Shown here piece after piece: positions 37,184 to 47,188 of a stretch of 64,000 nt of DNA. The stretch spans positions 14,521 through 78,520 of the forward strand of contig CAYFSA010000001.1 of the NCBI GenBank assembly GCA_964345605.1, written 5' to 3'. Position numbers and translations under genes: made by a program. Each line of letters opens with the position of its first letter. Positions within the stretch are counted from its first letter, which is position 1. Below the pieces are notes generated by a model that was given only the letters and a program-made list of their open reading frames with translations, made no database searches and was not told the origin of the DNA. Source of the DNA: an uncultured Ectothiorhodospiraceae bacterium. Its GTDB lineage: Bacteria; Pseudomonadota; Gammaproteobacteria; CAYFSA01.

Positions 37184-37662
37184 TGCTCCTTAAGAACCCG
37201 CGCTTTCTCCCGCTGCCAATCGCGGGCCTTTTCCGTTTCGCGTTTATCATGGGCCTTCTTACCCTTGCCCAGCCCGATTTCCAGCTTGGCCAAGCCCTTT
37301 TTCCAATACATCGCCAAGGGCATGAGGGCGTAACCCCGCCGCTCGACCAGGCCAATGAGCTTATCCAGCTCGCCGCCGTGCAATAACAGCTTGCGGTTGC
37401 GGCGTGGATCGGGGGAGACATGTTTGGAGACTGTAGGCAGCGGCGAGATGTGCGCGCCGAACAGCCAAGCCTCGGCATCTTTGATCATGACGTAGCTTTC
37501 TTTAAGCTGTATCCGTCCGGCACGCAAGCTTTTGACTTCCCAGCCCTCGAGTACCAGTCCTGCTTCGAAGCGTTGCTCGATGGCAAAGTCAAAGCGGGCA
37601 CGCTTGTTCAAAGCGATGGTGCTGCCGCCCGTGCTGGATTGTGACTGCTTCTTTTTACTCAT
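37180..37662 (-). CDS. smpB: SsrA-binding protein
   Basis: ..[31 protein letters not shown]...[11 protein letters not shown] is the canonical SmpB sequence. Confidence 0.9.
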   Translation of the reverse strand: MSKKKQSQSSTGGSTIALNKRARFDFAIEQRFEAGLVLEGWEVKSLRAGRIQLKESYVMIKDAEAWLFGAHISPLPTVSKHVSPDPRRNRKLLLHGGELDKLIGLVERRGYALMPLAMYWKKGLAKLEIGLGKGKKAHDKRETEKARDWQREKARVLKEH

Positions 37663-37783
37663 GTGCCTTTATAAGTACGGGATTTGAGTTTTCATCGTAA
37701 TGCCATTGTAACGCAGTGGCAAAGCACACGTGCCCACAACACAGGGGCACGACCCCTTGGTTAACACGAAAAGAAGGTGTGGC

Positions 37784-39142
37784 ATGCAAAAACGCGTATC
37801 CATACACGGGCAGTGGTCGTCTAAGCTCATATTTATATTGGCGGCTACGGGCTCGGCCGTTGGGCTCGGCAATATTTGGAAGTTCCCTTATATGGCGGGA
37901 GACAATGGGGGAGCCGCCTTTGTGCTGGTGTACCTGTTGGCGATTGCGATGGTCGGCTTGCCCATCATGATCGCCGAAATCCTGCTCGGTCGGCGTGGCC
38001 GGCAAAGCCCCATCAATACCATGCGCACCCTGGCGCAGGAGGAGCGAACCTCGGGCTTCTGGATCCTGCTGGGCTGGCTGGGTGTCTTGTCGGGGCTGCT
38101 CATCCTGTCATTTTACAGCGTCATCGCGGGCATGACGGCCGGTTATACCGTGCGCGCCATCGGCGGGGTTTTCACCGGAATCACCGCCGAGCAAGCTCAG
38201 GCGATGCTCGCCAACCTGACCGCCGATCCGGAGCGATTGCTCGCCTGGCATACCATCTTCATGGCGATGGTCGTCGTCGTAGCTGCACGCGGGGTCCGCT
38301 CCGGACTAGAACAGGCGGTCAAGATACTGATGCCCACCCTGCTCGTGCTGCTGCTATTCCTGATGGGCTATGCGGTGGTCGAAGGCGATTTCGTGGCGGG
38401 CTATGAATTTCTGTTCTCGGTCGATTTCAGCGCCGTTAACCCGAGCATGATCCTCGACGCCATGGGCCAAGCCTTTTTCACCCTGAGTCTGGGCATGGGT
38501 GCGATCATGATCTATGGCTCCTATCTGCCCGATCATACCTCGATCGCCGGGACTAGCTTCACCGTCGCGGCCGCTGACACATTAGTCGCCCTGGTAGCTG
38601 GCCTGGCCATTTTCCCCATGGTATTTGCCTATGGGCTGGAACCGGATGCCGGATTCGGCTTAATTTTCGAGACACTACCTTTAGCATTCGGCGAGATGCC
38701 CGGCGGAGTCTGGGTCGGCACGGCGTTTTTCCTATTGTTATTGTTCGCCGCCTGGACCTCGGCGATTTCGCTGATGGAGCCCATCGTCGCCTGGCTGGCC
38801 GAAAATCGGGGCTTGAGCCGTATCATGGCGGCTGCCACCGGCGGCATCTTTATTTGGCTGCTCGGGATAGGCACCATCCTGTCGTTCAATCTTCTCCAAG
38901 ACTTCACACTATTCGGTCTGACCATCTTCGAGTCCCTGGATTTCCTAACCGCCAACATTATGTTGCCGCTAGGCGGCCTGCTGATCGCGATTTTCGTCGG
39001 TTGGATCATGTCACGGGGGTCGGTCGAGCATGAAATGGACATCGGCAATGGCCTCGGCTTCCGCCTGTGGTATTTCTTGATCCGATTCATTGCGCCATTG
39101 TTGGTACTTTTGGTATTTCTGAGCCAGATTGGTATCCTTTGA
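37784..39142 (+). CDS. sodium-dependent transporter, neurotransmitter:sodium symporter (NSS/SNF) family
   Basis: WSSKLIFILAATGSAVGLGNIWKFPYMAGDNGGAAF is the NSS TM1 signature. About 12 TM segments. SD AAGGTG upstream of the ATG at 37784. Confidence 0.85.
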   Translation: MQKRVSIHGQWSSKLIFILAATGSAVGLGNIWKFPYMAGDNGGAAFVLVYLLAIAMVGLPIMIAEILLGRRGRQSPINTMRTLAQEERTSGFWILLGWLGVLSGLLILSFYSVIAGMTAGYTVRAIGGVFTGITAEQAQAMLANLTADPERLLAWHTIFMAMVVVVAARGVRSGLEQAVKILMPTLLVLLLFLMGYAVVEGDFVAGYEFLFSVDFSAVNPSMILDAMGQAFFTLSLGMGAIMIYGSYLPDHTSIAGTSFTVAAADTLVALVAGLAIFPMVFAYGLEPDAGFGLIFETLPLAFGEMPGGVWVGTAFFLLLLFAAWTSAISLMEPIVAWLAENRGLSRIMAAATGGIFIWLLGIGTILSFNLLQDFTLFGLTIFESLDFLTANIMLPLGGLLIAIFVGWIMSRGSVEHEMDIGNGLGFRLWYFLIRFIAPLLVLLVFLSQIGIL

Positions 39143-39163
39143 GAATACTATTTGCAAGTTCGA

Positions 39164-39204
39164 CCGGTCAGCCATAGGGCTGACCGGGGTTTGGTTTTGG
39201 TTTT
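39164..39204 (+). terminator. rho-independent terminator downstream of the NSS transporter gene
   Basis: Perfect 10-bp stem CCGGTCAGCC/GGCTGACCGG with loop ATAG, followed by GGTTTGGTTTTGGTTTT. Confidence 0.7.
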
Positions 39205-39221
39205 AATGGGATGAAGTTCGA

Positions 39222-39674
39222 TTGCCTACCGTAAATCGCAGCGCGTTGGTGCATTACACCCCGACGCAGATGTATGAACTGGTCAATGATGTCCCCTCTT
39301 ATCCCGAGTTTCTACCGTGGTGTCACTCTGCCAAGGTATTGTGGTCGGATGCCGATCAGGTCAAGGCCTGCATCGAGCTGGCCAAAGGGCGTCTGCGCAA
39401 GTCTTTCACGACCTTGAACCAGCTCTGGCCCAGCGAGATGATCAACATGCGTCTGGTGGAAGGCCCCTTCCAGCGCCTGGAAGGAGTCTGGCGCTTCAAG
39501 GCCATGCCGGATGATGCCTGCCGCGTCTCGCTGGCGTTGGAGTTCGAGTTTGCCTCGCGCTTGCTAAAAATGACGGTCGGCCCAATCTTTAATCAGCTCG
39601 CCAACTCCATGGTAGACGCCTTTGTTCAACGTGCCCAAGAGGTTTATGGTGGAAGCGCAAACCATTCCCGTTGA
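39222..39674 (+). CDS. ratA: RatA/YfjG-type SRPBCC-domain toxin (ribosome association toxin)
   Basis: 150-aa SRPBCC (polyketide cyclase-like) fold protein. It sits next to smpB and upstream of ratB, as in E. coli. Confidence 0.75.
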   Translation: MPTVNRSALVHYTPTQMYELVNDVPSYPEFLPWCHSAKVLWSDADQVKACIELAKGRLRKSFTTLNQLWPSEMINMRLVEGPFQRLEGVWRFKAMPDDACRVSLALEFEFASRLLKMTVGPIFNQLANSMVDAFVQRAQEVYGGSANHSR

Positions 39675-39936
39675 GGTAGCCTACGCGCTGCCTGAGGAGC
39701 AAATCATCATTCCGCTACAAGTCGTTCCCGGCACTACCGCCGGAATGGCCGTACTGGAATCCGGAATTTTAGAACGGTTTCATGATATCGATTTGCACAA
39801 GCAAAAAATCGGTATTTTTGGCAAGGTCGTGAAGAAAGATACACCACTCAATGAGCATGATCGCGTGGAAATCTACCGGCCTTTGATCGCCGACCCTAAA
39901 GCCGCCCGCAAGGAACGCGCCGCAAAATCGGCCTGA
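39646..39936 (+). CDS. ratB: RnfH/YfjF-family ubiquitin-like protein
   Basis: About 96 aa with ..GTTAGMAVLESGI...IGIFGK...DRVEIYRPL. Overlaps the ratA 3' end. Confidence 0.7.
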   Translation: MVEAQTIPVEVAYALPEEQIIIPLQVVPGTTAGMAVLESGILERFHDIDLHKQKIGIFGKVVKKDTPLNEHDRVEIYRPLIADPKAARKERAAKSA

Positions 39937-40056
39937 CCGGAACCGTTACGGCATTGCCATCGTGCGCCCTGGGCCGGTCGCTAAGCGGCTTCGGCTCGGG
40001 GCGTAAGGCGAGCCCGTCAGGCAGTACTACCCGGTCGCGGCAGACAAGCGCCTGCC

Positions 40057-40326
40057 TTATTCGCCTTCGTCGAAACGGTTCTCGATGAGGGTCTGCAGGG
40101 CTTGCAAGGCTTGCTCCTCGTCCTCGCCATCGAGATACAGGGTCACTTCGCTGCCGCGACTGGCCGCAAGCATCATCACGCCCATGATCGACTTGCCGTT
40201 GACCCGACGGCCGGCTTTTTCAATCTGAACGTCACAGCGATAGCCCGAGGCTAACCCGACGAATTTGGCGGCAGCCCGGGCATGCAGGCCGAGACGGTTG
40301 ATAATGGTCAGGGTCTTTTGCAGCAT
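40057..40326 (-). CDS. ptsO: HPr-family phosphocarrier protein (NPr-like)
   Basis: 89 aa. ..NRLGLHARAAAKFV.. carries the active-site His region, with a regulatory Ser in GKSIMGVM. Confidence 0.8.
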   Translation of the reverse strand: MLQKTLTIINRLGLHARAAAKFVGLASGYRCDVQIEKAGRRVNGKSIMGVMMLAASRGSEVTLYLDGEDEEQALQALQTLIENRFDEGE

Positions 40327-40334
40327 GGCTTGAG

Positions 40335-40718
40335 CTAGCTTGCGATAATCCCGTCATGGCCGCCGGAGAGGGCTTTAGCGGCCAGTTCATCGAGCGGCAG
40401 ATTTGGATAATTCAACACGCGGATCAGCATGGGCAGGTTGATGCCGCTGATCACTCGCACCCCCGGCTCGGCCAGCAAGCGCTGGGCGATGTTGGCAGGG
40501 GTGGCACCGTACATATCGGTAAGCACCAGGACACCCGCACCGCCATCCAGCTGCTGCGCGAGGGCGCGGGCCTGCTCATAGACGCAGTCGGGATCGGCAC
40601 TCAGGGTAACCTCGAGATGATCCACGACCAGCGGGCAAGTAACCAGCATGGCCTGGGCCGTGGCGATCAGGCTGGCGCCAATACGGTCATGGGTGATGGT
40701 AAGCAAACCAACCGCCAT
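40335..40718 (-). CDS. PTS EIIA component, mannose/fructose family
   Basis: MAVGLLTITHDRIGASLIATAQ... carries the His of EIIA-Man type. Part of the ptsN-hprK-rapZ-EIIA-HPr cluster. Confidence 0.7.
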   Translation of the reverse strand: MAVGLLTITHDRIGASLIATAQAMLVTCPLVVDHLEVTLSADPDCVYEQARALAQQLDGGAGVLVLTDMYGATPANIAQRLLAEPGVRVISGINLPMLIRVLNYPNLPLDELAAKALSGGHDGIIAS

Positions 40719-40728
40719 GATAACAAGC

Positions 40729-41589
40729 TCAACCGAGTTCGCGATGACGGGTCGTCACGCTGTATTCCCGGCCGGCTTCAAAATGCTCGCGCAAGCGTTC
40801 GATCAGATACACCGACCGGTGCCGCCCGCCCGTGCAGCCGACGGAGACGCTCAAATAGCTGCGGTTTTCCTGTTGAAAACGCGGCACCCAGTGATCCAGG
40901 AAATCCCGCACATGGGTAAGCATTTGCTCGACCAACCGATGCTGGCGCAGATAGTCGGCCACGGGCACATCACGCCCGGTCAGGTTACGCAGGCCGGGAA
41001 CCCAATTCGGATTCGGCAGACAGCGCACGTCGAACACGAAATCGGAATCCAGCGGTACGCCGTGCTTGAAGCCGAAAGACTGCAGCAGCAGCGACATGGG
41101 AGACGCCTTGGTGCCCCTGACACGCGCTTTGATCAGATCAACCACCTCATGCACGCTAGTGTGGGTGGTATCGATAATCAGATCAGCCTGCGCCGCCACT
41201 GCCGAGAGCAATTGGCGCTCCTGCTTGATCGCTTCGACCAGCGGCCAGCCCGGCCCGGTCAACGGATGCTTGCGGCGGGTTTCGCTAAACCGCTGGATCA
41301 GGGTATCGAGCTCGGCCTGCAGGAACAAGATTTCCACCGGGAACTCGGCGTGCCGCAATTGCAGGGCGATGCGCTCGAAATCTTGGAGCTGCTCGATGCC
41401 GCTGCGCGCATCGATACTGATGGCAATGTTGTCGTGCTGCTGCAGCTCCGGCCCTTCCAGGAGCTGCATAAACGCTGGCAACAGCTGCAAATGGAGGTTG
41501 TCGATGCAGTAGAAGCATTCATCTTCCAGGGCATGCATGGCAATGGTCTTGCCGGACCCTGACAAACCGCTGACAATGGTTAATCGCAT
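40729..41589 (-). CDS. rapZ: RNase adapter protein RapZ (YhbJ)
   Basis: MRLTIVSGLSGSGKTIAMHALEDECFYCIDNL is the RapZ Walker A N-terminus. The C-terminus has ..GCTGGRHRSVY.. Confidence 0.9.
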   Translation of the reverse strand: MRLTIVSGLSGSGKTIAMHALEDECFYCIDNLHLQLLPAFMQLLEGPELQQHDNIAISIDARSGIEQLQDFERIALQLRHAEFPVEILFLQAELDTLIQRFSETRRKHPLTGPGWPLVEAIKQERQLLSAVAAQADLIIDTTHTSVHEVVDLIKARVRGTKASPMSLLLQSFGFKHGVPLDSDFVFDVRCLPNPNWVPGLRNLTGRDVPVADYLRQHRLVEQMLTHVRDFLDHWVPRFQQENRSYLSVSVGCTGGRHRSVYLIERLREHFEAGREYSVTTRHRELG

Positions 41590-42572
41590 GGCTGCAGATC
41601 GGCTAACAAGCGTTGTTGGCGGGCCGCGAAATCCACCGCGGCATTATACCCATGAACGCGCAGCTGATGGTTGCGCACCGCCGCTTCAACCAGCACGGCG
41701 AGCTGGCTGCCCGGGCAAATCGGCAGCACCACCGCATCGACGCTGACCCCAAGAATGGTGCGCTGCTCGGTGATCCCCCACAACCGCTGTTCAGGATCGC
41801 TGGCGAGCTGCCCCGCTGGTGTCAAATCGATAATCAGCACAAGCTGCTTACTTTGGCGAACGGCATTGTTGCCGAACATGGCCGGGATATTCAGCACGCC
41901 CAGGCCCCGCACCTCCAAAAAACCCCGCAGCAGCTCAGGACAACTGCCCTCCAGATAATTGGGTCCAAGGCGCATGATTTCGGGAGCATCGTCGGCGATC
42001 AAGCGATGGCCGCGGTTAATCAAATCCAGGGCCAGCTCGCTCTTGCCGATATTGCTGGCGCCGCGAATCAAGATACCGCAGCCACCCACTTCCAGAAATA
42101 CCCCGTGCATGATGAGCTTGGGGGCAAACTGCCTGCTCAGATAAACCCGCAGCGTACTGATCACTTGCTCGCAACTCCGCGGCGAGGCCAGCACCGGCAA
42201 ATCATTGGCCAGGGCGGCGGCATGCAAGGCCTGCGGTAGACTCAGGCCGTTGGCCAGCACTAAGGCACCCAGGCCGGTTTGCCGCTGCTGCTGCAACCAG
42301 CTACTCAAAGCGTCTTTTGACTGCGCGACCAGCCAGGGGTATTCAGCCTGATCGACCACATTGAACAGCGGCGGATAGGATTCCAACAAGCGGCCGGCCA
42401 AACTAGCCGGCCCAGGGTCGCGCTGCATGGGCTGCAGCGGCCGGGGAATGGCTGGCTGCACCCAGACAGTCAGCTCGAGCTGCCTGCCCAAAGCCTCGAG
42501 AACATCCGGGATGGCAATCTCAGGCGTTGAAGTCAATTTTTCGGCTCTGTCTGTGTCCCGGCATTCGGCCAA
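41580..42572 (-). CDS. hprK: HPr kinase/phosphorylase
   Basis: GILIRGASNIGKSELALDLINRGHRLIADD and LEVRGLGVLNI are the HprK signature motifs. Confidence 0.9.
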   Translation of the reverse strand: MAECRDTDRAEKLTSTPEIAIPDVLEALGRQLELTVWVQPAIPRPLQPMQRDPGPASLAGRLLESYPPLFNVVDQAEYPWLVAQSKDALSSWLQQQRQTGLGALVLANGLSLPQALHAAALANDLPVLASPRSCEQVISTLRVYLSRQFAPKLIMHGVFLEVGGCGILIRGASNIGKSELALDLINRGHRLIADDAPEIMRLGPNYLEGSCPELLRGFLEVRGLGVLNIPAMFGNNAVRQSKQLVLIIDLTPAGQLASDPEQRLWGITEQRTILGVSVDAVVLPICPGSQLAVLVEAAVRNHQLRVHGYNAAVDFAARQQRLLADLQPCD

Positions 42573-42581
42573 TGTCGCTCC

Positions 42582-43055
42582 TTAAGAGGCTGCATGTTGC
42601 TCCGGCTGCCAAGCCCGGATCGCCGTCAGCAGCGCCGGTGTGTCCTGGGCACTGCGCAGACGCTTGAGCATATGCTGATCACCGAACATTTCGGCTAATT
42701 GCGCCAGCATTTGCAGATGCGTATCCGTGCATTGCTCGGGTACGATCAAAGCAAACAACAGGTCGACAGGCTGGTCGTCGGGGGCGTCGAAATGGACCGC
42801 GGCCGTCAGGCGGATGAAGGCCCCGATGGTTTGCTGTATGCCAGTCAGGCGGCCGTGCGGTAAGGCAACGCCTCGGCCGAGGCCGGTACTGCCGAGGCGT
42901 TCGCGGTTCAGCAGGCTCTCGAAGACCTCGCTTCGAGAGAGCTGCGGTGAGGCACCGGCGATCATCTCCGCGAGGAGTTCAAGCACACGTTTTTTGCTCG
43001 TCACGTCGGCGTGCTCGGCTACACGTTCCGCGCTGAGAAGATCGCCGATATTCAT
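42582..43055 (-). CDS. ptsN: PTS IIA-Ntr (nitrogen regulatory protein)
   Basis: MNIGDLLSAERV... with the active-site region GRGVALPHGR. Start set at the ATG at 43055. Confidence 0.85.
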   Translation of the reverse strand: MNIGDLLSAERVAEHADVTSKKRVLELLAEMIAGASPQLSRSEVFESLLNRERLGSTGLGRGVALPHGRLTGIQQTIGAFIRLTAAVHFDAPDDQPVDLLFALIVPEQCTDTHLQMLAQLAEMFGDQHMLKRLRSAQDTPALLTAIRAWQPEQHAAS

Positions 43056-43062
43056 AAGCCGG

Positions 43063-43386
43063 CTATAAGACCTCCGCGGAATCGATTGTTTCATTGCGGC
43101 GGTGATCCTTGCTCTTTTCCTTGTGCTTGACCAGTTGGCGATCGAGTTTGTCGACAAGATCATCTATGGCCACATACATATCGCCCTGCTCGGCTGTCGC
43201 ATGGATTTTGCCACCGCTCATACGCAGTGCCGCCTCGGCTTGATGGCGCTGTTTTTCGACGCTCAGCACGACATGGACATCGATAACATGATCGAAATGC
43301 CGTTCCAGGCGTTCGAATTTGCCTTTGACATAGTCCCGCATGGCGGGCGTGATATCCACGTGTTGGCCGGTTAGATCGATTTGCAT
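43063..43386 (-). CDS. hpf: ribosome hibernation promoting factor
   Basis: MQIDLTGQHVDITPAMRDYVKGKFERL... is the classic HPF/YhbH N-terminus. Start set at the ATG at 43386. Confidence 0.85.
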   Translation of the reverse strand: MQIDLTGQHVDITPAMRDYVKGKFERLERHFDHVIDVHVVLSVEKQRHQAEAALRMSGGKIHATAEQGDMYVAIDDLVDKLDRQLVKHKEKSKDHRRNETIDSAEVL

Positions 43387-43563
43387 AGTACTACTCCAGT
43401 CGGTTTGATAGACCGCGGTTGGGCCCGTCCAGGGCACTGACTCAAGAAACACCGTGAATGCCACGGCATGGGCCGGCCTCGTCATGGCCGGGAAAAGCGC
43501 ATATCACACGCCGCAGTTCGCGGCGCGAACTCGAGACCATGGTCCGGTCCGCCAAGGCCTGAC

Positions 43564-45096
43564 TCAAGCAAGCCGTTTGCGCTCATTCGACGAAGGGATT
43601 TGCAGGGCCTCGCGATATTTGGCGACAGTCCGCCGGGCCACATTAATACCGCGTTCCATGAGAATGGCGGCGATCTTGTTGTCGCTCAACGGTTTGTTGC
43701 TATCTTCTTCGTCAACGAGCTTGCGAATCATGGCGCGAATGGCGGTAGCCGAGCATTCCCCCCCGTCGGTCGTACTGACATGACTGGAAAAGAAATACTT
43801 GAGCTCATACACGCCGCGCGGCGTATGCATGTACTTCTGTGAAGTGACCCGGGAGATGGTCGATTCATGCAATTCCAGCTGATCGGCGATATCGCGCAAA
43901 ACCAAGGGCTTCATTGCCTCCGGACCATAATCGAGAAACGCCCGCTGCCGGTCGACGATGGCCGCAGCAACTCGCAACAGCGTCTCGTTGCGGCTGAGCA
44001 GGCTCTTGATGAACCAGCGGGCCTCTTGCAGATTGTTGCGCAGATAGGTGTTGTCCGCGCTTTGATCGGCGCGCTTGATCATAGCGGCATACTGCTGATT
44101 GATACGCAACGGCGGAGCGGTTTCCGGGTTGAGCTCGACATGCCAGCGGCCCTCGCGCTTGACCACGAACACATCCGGGATCACGTAAGACGTGCTGGTC
44201 TGGGCGAACATGGCCCCTGGCCGCGGATTCAATCCCTGAATCAGCGCCAGGACGTTTTGCAGCTCGTCGCGCTCCAGCTGTAGGTTGCGCATCAACCCCT
44301 TGTAGTCACGATTGCCCAACAGGTCCAGATAATCCTCCACCAGGTGCATCGCCGCCGTCAACCAGGGCGTATCGGTGGGCAGCGCATGCAGTTGGATGGC
44401 CAGGACCTCGCCCACCTGCAGCGAGCCGCAACCGATCGGGTCGAGCTGCTGCACCCAGCGGCGAACAGCTTCAACTTCGGCCGCCTCGATCTCGAGCACA
44501 GCGGCCAGATTGGCGACAAACGCCTCACCTTCTGCAGCAGGCAAAAAGCCATCCTCGTCCACGGCATCGATAATCGCCGTGGCGATCAAACGGTCTTGAT
44601 CGGTCAGGGGGGCGAGATCAAGCTGCCACATGAGATGATCACGCAGGGTTTCCTCGCCGTCGCTTTGATTTTCGAACAGATCACGGCCATCGACCTCCGG
44701 GGTCCCCGTGTGCGCCGGCGCGATGTCGTAAATTTCGTCCCAGGAGCTGTCGACCGCCAGGTCTTGGGGGATTTCATCGGTAGACTCACCGGCGGCACGC
44801 TCCTCGCCGCTCATGGCCGAGTCCGCATCGCCGGTATCATCGTTTGCATTGCCCCCCGCCTCCGCCGCCTCCGGAGCGGCTGGTTCGGGTGATTGGCTAC
44901 TGACCGCCTCGTCGATCGCGCCAGCCTCCGCCTCTTCACCCTCAGCCAGCTCAAGCATGGGGTTTTCTTCCAAGGCCTGCTGAATTTGGCCCTGAAGCTC
45001 GAGCGTGGATAATTGCAGCAGTTTGATGGCCTGCTGCAATTGCGGCGTCATAGTAAGCTGCTGACCGAGTCGCAGTTGAACCGTTGGCTTAAGCAT
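43564..45096 (-). CDS. rpoN: RNA polymerase sigma-54 factor
   Basis: N-terminal LQQAIKLLQLSTLEL, the RpoN box ..ARRTVAKYRE.. and an HTH region. Confidence 0.95.
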   Translation of the reverse strand: MLKPTVQLRLGQQLTMTPQLQQAIKLLQLSTLELQGQIQQALEENPMLELAEGEEAEAGAIDEAVSSQSPEPAAPEAAEAGGNANDDTGDADSAMSGEERAAGESTDEIPQDLAVDSSWDEIYDIAPAHTGTPEVDGRDLFENQSDGEETLRDHLMWQLDLAPLTDQDRLIATAIIDAVDEDGFLPAAEGEAFVANLAAVLEIEAAEVEAVRRWVQQLDPIGCGSLQVGEVLAIQLHALPTDTPWLTAAMHLVEDYLDLLGNRDYKGLMRNLQLERDELQNVLALIQGLNPRPGAMFAQTSTSYVIPDVFVVKREGRWHVELNPETAPPLRINQQYAAMIKRADQSADNTYLRNNLQEARWFIKSLLSRNETLLRVAAAIVDRQRAFLDYGPEAMKPLVLRDIADQLELHESTISRVTSQKYMHTPRGVYELKYFFSSHVSTTDGGECSATAIRAMIRKLVDEEDSNKPLSDNKIAAILMERGINVARRTVAKYREALQIPSSNERKRLA

Positions 45097-45334
45097 CTAT
45101 CGCAATGAGCAACCAGTGGCGTGAACAGAAATGGCTGTGGCCGGTCTGCTGAGCCGGCGGCCGAGCCGCGCCTCTGCTCAACACGGCTGTATCGTTATAC
45201 TGATATTAGCAGTCGCGGGTAAACCAGGGGCAACCGGCAGGCCGAACCGCGCGCCAGCCTAGGCGTTATGTATAGACCCGTTCATGTCAGAGTGTACCCA
45301 AAAACGGCAGGGACTTGCAGGCAAACCCGCCGGC

Positions 45335-46060
45335 TCATAACCGAAAGGCCTCGCCAAGATACACATCGCGGACCTGCCGATTGCGCAGAATGGCTTCCGG
45401 CGCCCCCTCGGCAATCACTTGTCCTTCGCTCATGATATAGGCCCGCTCGCAAATCCCCAAGGTTTCGCGGACATTATGATCGGTAATCAGAACCCCGATG
45501 CGGCGCTCGGTCAGATGCGCCACGATGCGTTGAATGTCCACCACGGAAATGGGATCGACCCCGGCGAACGGCTCGTCCAGCAGAATAAAGGCCGGTTCGG
45601 CCGCCAAGGCCCGGGCAATTTCGACGCGCCGGCGCTCGCCGCCCGACAAGCTCATGCCCAGGCTGGCGCGGATATGACCGATCTGCAAATCATCGAGCAG
45701 CTTCTGCAGCCGGGCCTTACGATCGCGCCGTTTGAGCTCGCGGCGGAGCTCGAGAATACTCAGGATATTATCGGCCACCGTCAACCGGCGAAACACGGAG
45801 GGCTCCTGGGGCAGATAGCCTACGCCTAAGCGCGCGCGGGCGTGCATGGGCATATGCGTAATATCGCGCTCCCGCAGCTGGATATAGCCATAATCACAAG
45901 CGATCAGCCCGACAATCATGTAAAAGCAAGTGGTCTTGCCTGCCCCGTTGGGCCCGAGCAGGCCCACCACCTCGCCGCTTTTGACCTGCACACTGACACC
46001 GTTGACCACCGCCCGCTGGCGATAGCGTTTGCACAGATTGCGGGCATTGAGCTCGCTCAT
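45335..46060 (-). CDS. lptB: LPS export ABC transporter ATP-binding protein
   Basis: Walker [10 protein letters not shown] and the ABC signature [15 protein letters not shown]. Lies immediately downstream of lptA. Confidence 0.95.
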   Translation of the reverse strand: MSELNARNLCKRYRQRAVVNGVSVQVKSGEVVGLLGPNGAGKTTCFYMIVGLIACDYGYIQLRERDITHMPMHARARLGVGYLPQEPSVFRRLTVADNILSILELRRELKRRDRKARLQKLLDDLQIGHIRASLGMSLSGGERRRVEIARALAAEPAFILLDEPFAGVDPISVVDIQRIVAHLTERRIGVLITDHNVRETLGICERAYIMSEGQVIAEGAPEAILRNRQVRDVYLGEAFRL

Positions 46061-46644
46061 GGCTGGCCGGCCGCCGGGCCGGTGTCGTCGTCATGAGGCG
46101 GGGGCTTGTCGTTTTGCTGGGACCGGGTAGTCTCGATGGCATTCGGCTGAATAAGGACCTCGACCCGCTCGCCGGCTTGCCCCGTGCCCGCCGTAACCAC
46201 GCCGGTATTGATGTTGTAAGTAATTTTCTCGCTCGCGAAACGATTGCCGCCCTGCCAAAGCTCGGCCCGGCGCTCGAGGCTGACCTCATTGGCCTTGGCC
46301 CGGTAAACGATCCGCTGGGCCTTGCCTTGGATTTCGCGGCCGTCATCGGTCACTTGCCGCAGGGTAACCGGCGCCCCCGAGGCAATCATCTGATCGATGC
46401 GATTGCCGGCGATAAAGATGCGCAGCTCAGCGGCGTTGATGCGCATGCTGCCCTGGGTAATGCGAACATTGCCGATATACCGGCCCACCCCCGCCTGCTT
46501 ATCCAACTCGGCACGATCGGACTCGATATGCACCGGCTGCTCGGCATCAGCGCTACGGGCCAGGACCGGCACCGCCAACAATCCTTGCAGCAAAAGCAGG
46601 AGCAATGCCAAAAGCATCCTCCGCACCCCCGCGCTAGGGCACAT
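46057..46644 (-). CDS. lptA: LPS transport periplasmic protein LptA
   Basis: Signal peptide plus an OstA-like beta-jellyroll. Start uncertain (46644 or 46617). Confidence 0.8.
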   Translation of the reverse strand: MCPSAGVRRMLLALLLLLLQGLLAVPVLARSADAEQPVHIESDRAELDKQAGVGRYIGNVRITQGSMRINAAELRIFIAGNRIDQMIASGAPVTLRQVTDDGREIQGKAQRIVYRAKANEVSLERRAELWQGGNRFASEKITYNINTGVVTAGTGQAGERVEVLIQPNAIETTRSQQNDKPPPHDDDTGPAAGQP

Positions 46645-47188
46645 AACGGCCTGTCACGTCAGCAAGCAATTGCATGCGCTCACGCGCCAGATCAGCGAAC
46701 ATACCGACGCCCTGAAGCCGATGCGGACCGCTAGTCGCGACCACGGTCAAATCGGTGCTGGCCACCCGATCCTTGGGACGCACCCGCAGATCCTCGGTGG
46801 TTACCCGAATCGCCGGCTCGTCCTCACTACGGGTGCGCGCCATGGTCACCCCGCCGATCAGATACAACTCGGCCCCCTGGGGGCCGATCCAGCCATCCGC
46901 GGCGCGCATCACCCAGGGCGGCCCCGCAGGCTGCTGCAGAGTAAACTCGGGCTTGACCAGTTCGCCGGTATCGTCGGCGGCCAGATGGGCAAAGCGCTCG
47001 GCTTGCAGTCGATAGGCGGGGCGGCCCTGGGCATCGCTGACATACAGCACGAAGTCGGTCATGTAATAGTCTGGGCCGGCATTAAGCACCAGCGGTTCGG
47101 TCGCTGCGCCCCGCTCGTTACGCAGCCAGGAGGCGAGCAGCACCGACAAGGCCGCCACGCCAATCAAGCCGAGCTGCCAGCGCCTCAT
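46634..47188 (-). CDS. lptC: LPS export system protein LptC
   Basis: N-terminal TM anchor plus an LptC fold. Positioned between kdsC and lptA. Confidence 0.75.
   Translation of the reverse strand: MRRWQLGLIGVAALSVLLASWLRNERGAATEPLVLNAGPDYYMTDFVLYVSDAQGRPAYRLQAERFAHLAADDTGELVKPEFTLQQPAGPPWVMRAADGWIGPQGAELYLIGGVTMARTRSEDEPAIRVTTEDLRVRPKDRVASTDLTVVATSGPHRLQGVGMFADLARERMQLLADVTGRYVP

Noticed and set aside
36827-37193. ORF-track proteins 36827..37162 (-, 111 aa) and 36909..37193 (+, 94 aa) with internally repeated peptide segments
   Set aside because: They are translations of the 4x ~77-bp tandem DNA repeat. The period is not a multiple of 3 yet the peptide repeats track it, and there is no RBS or start context. 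Artefacts.
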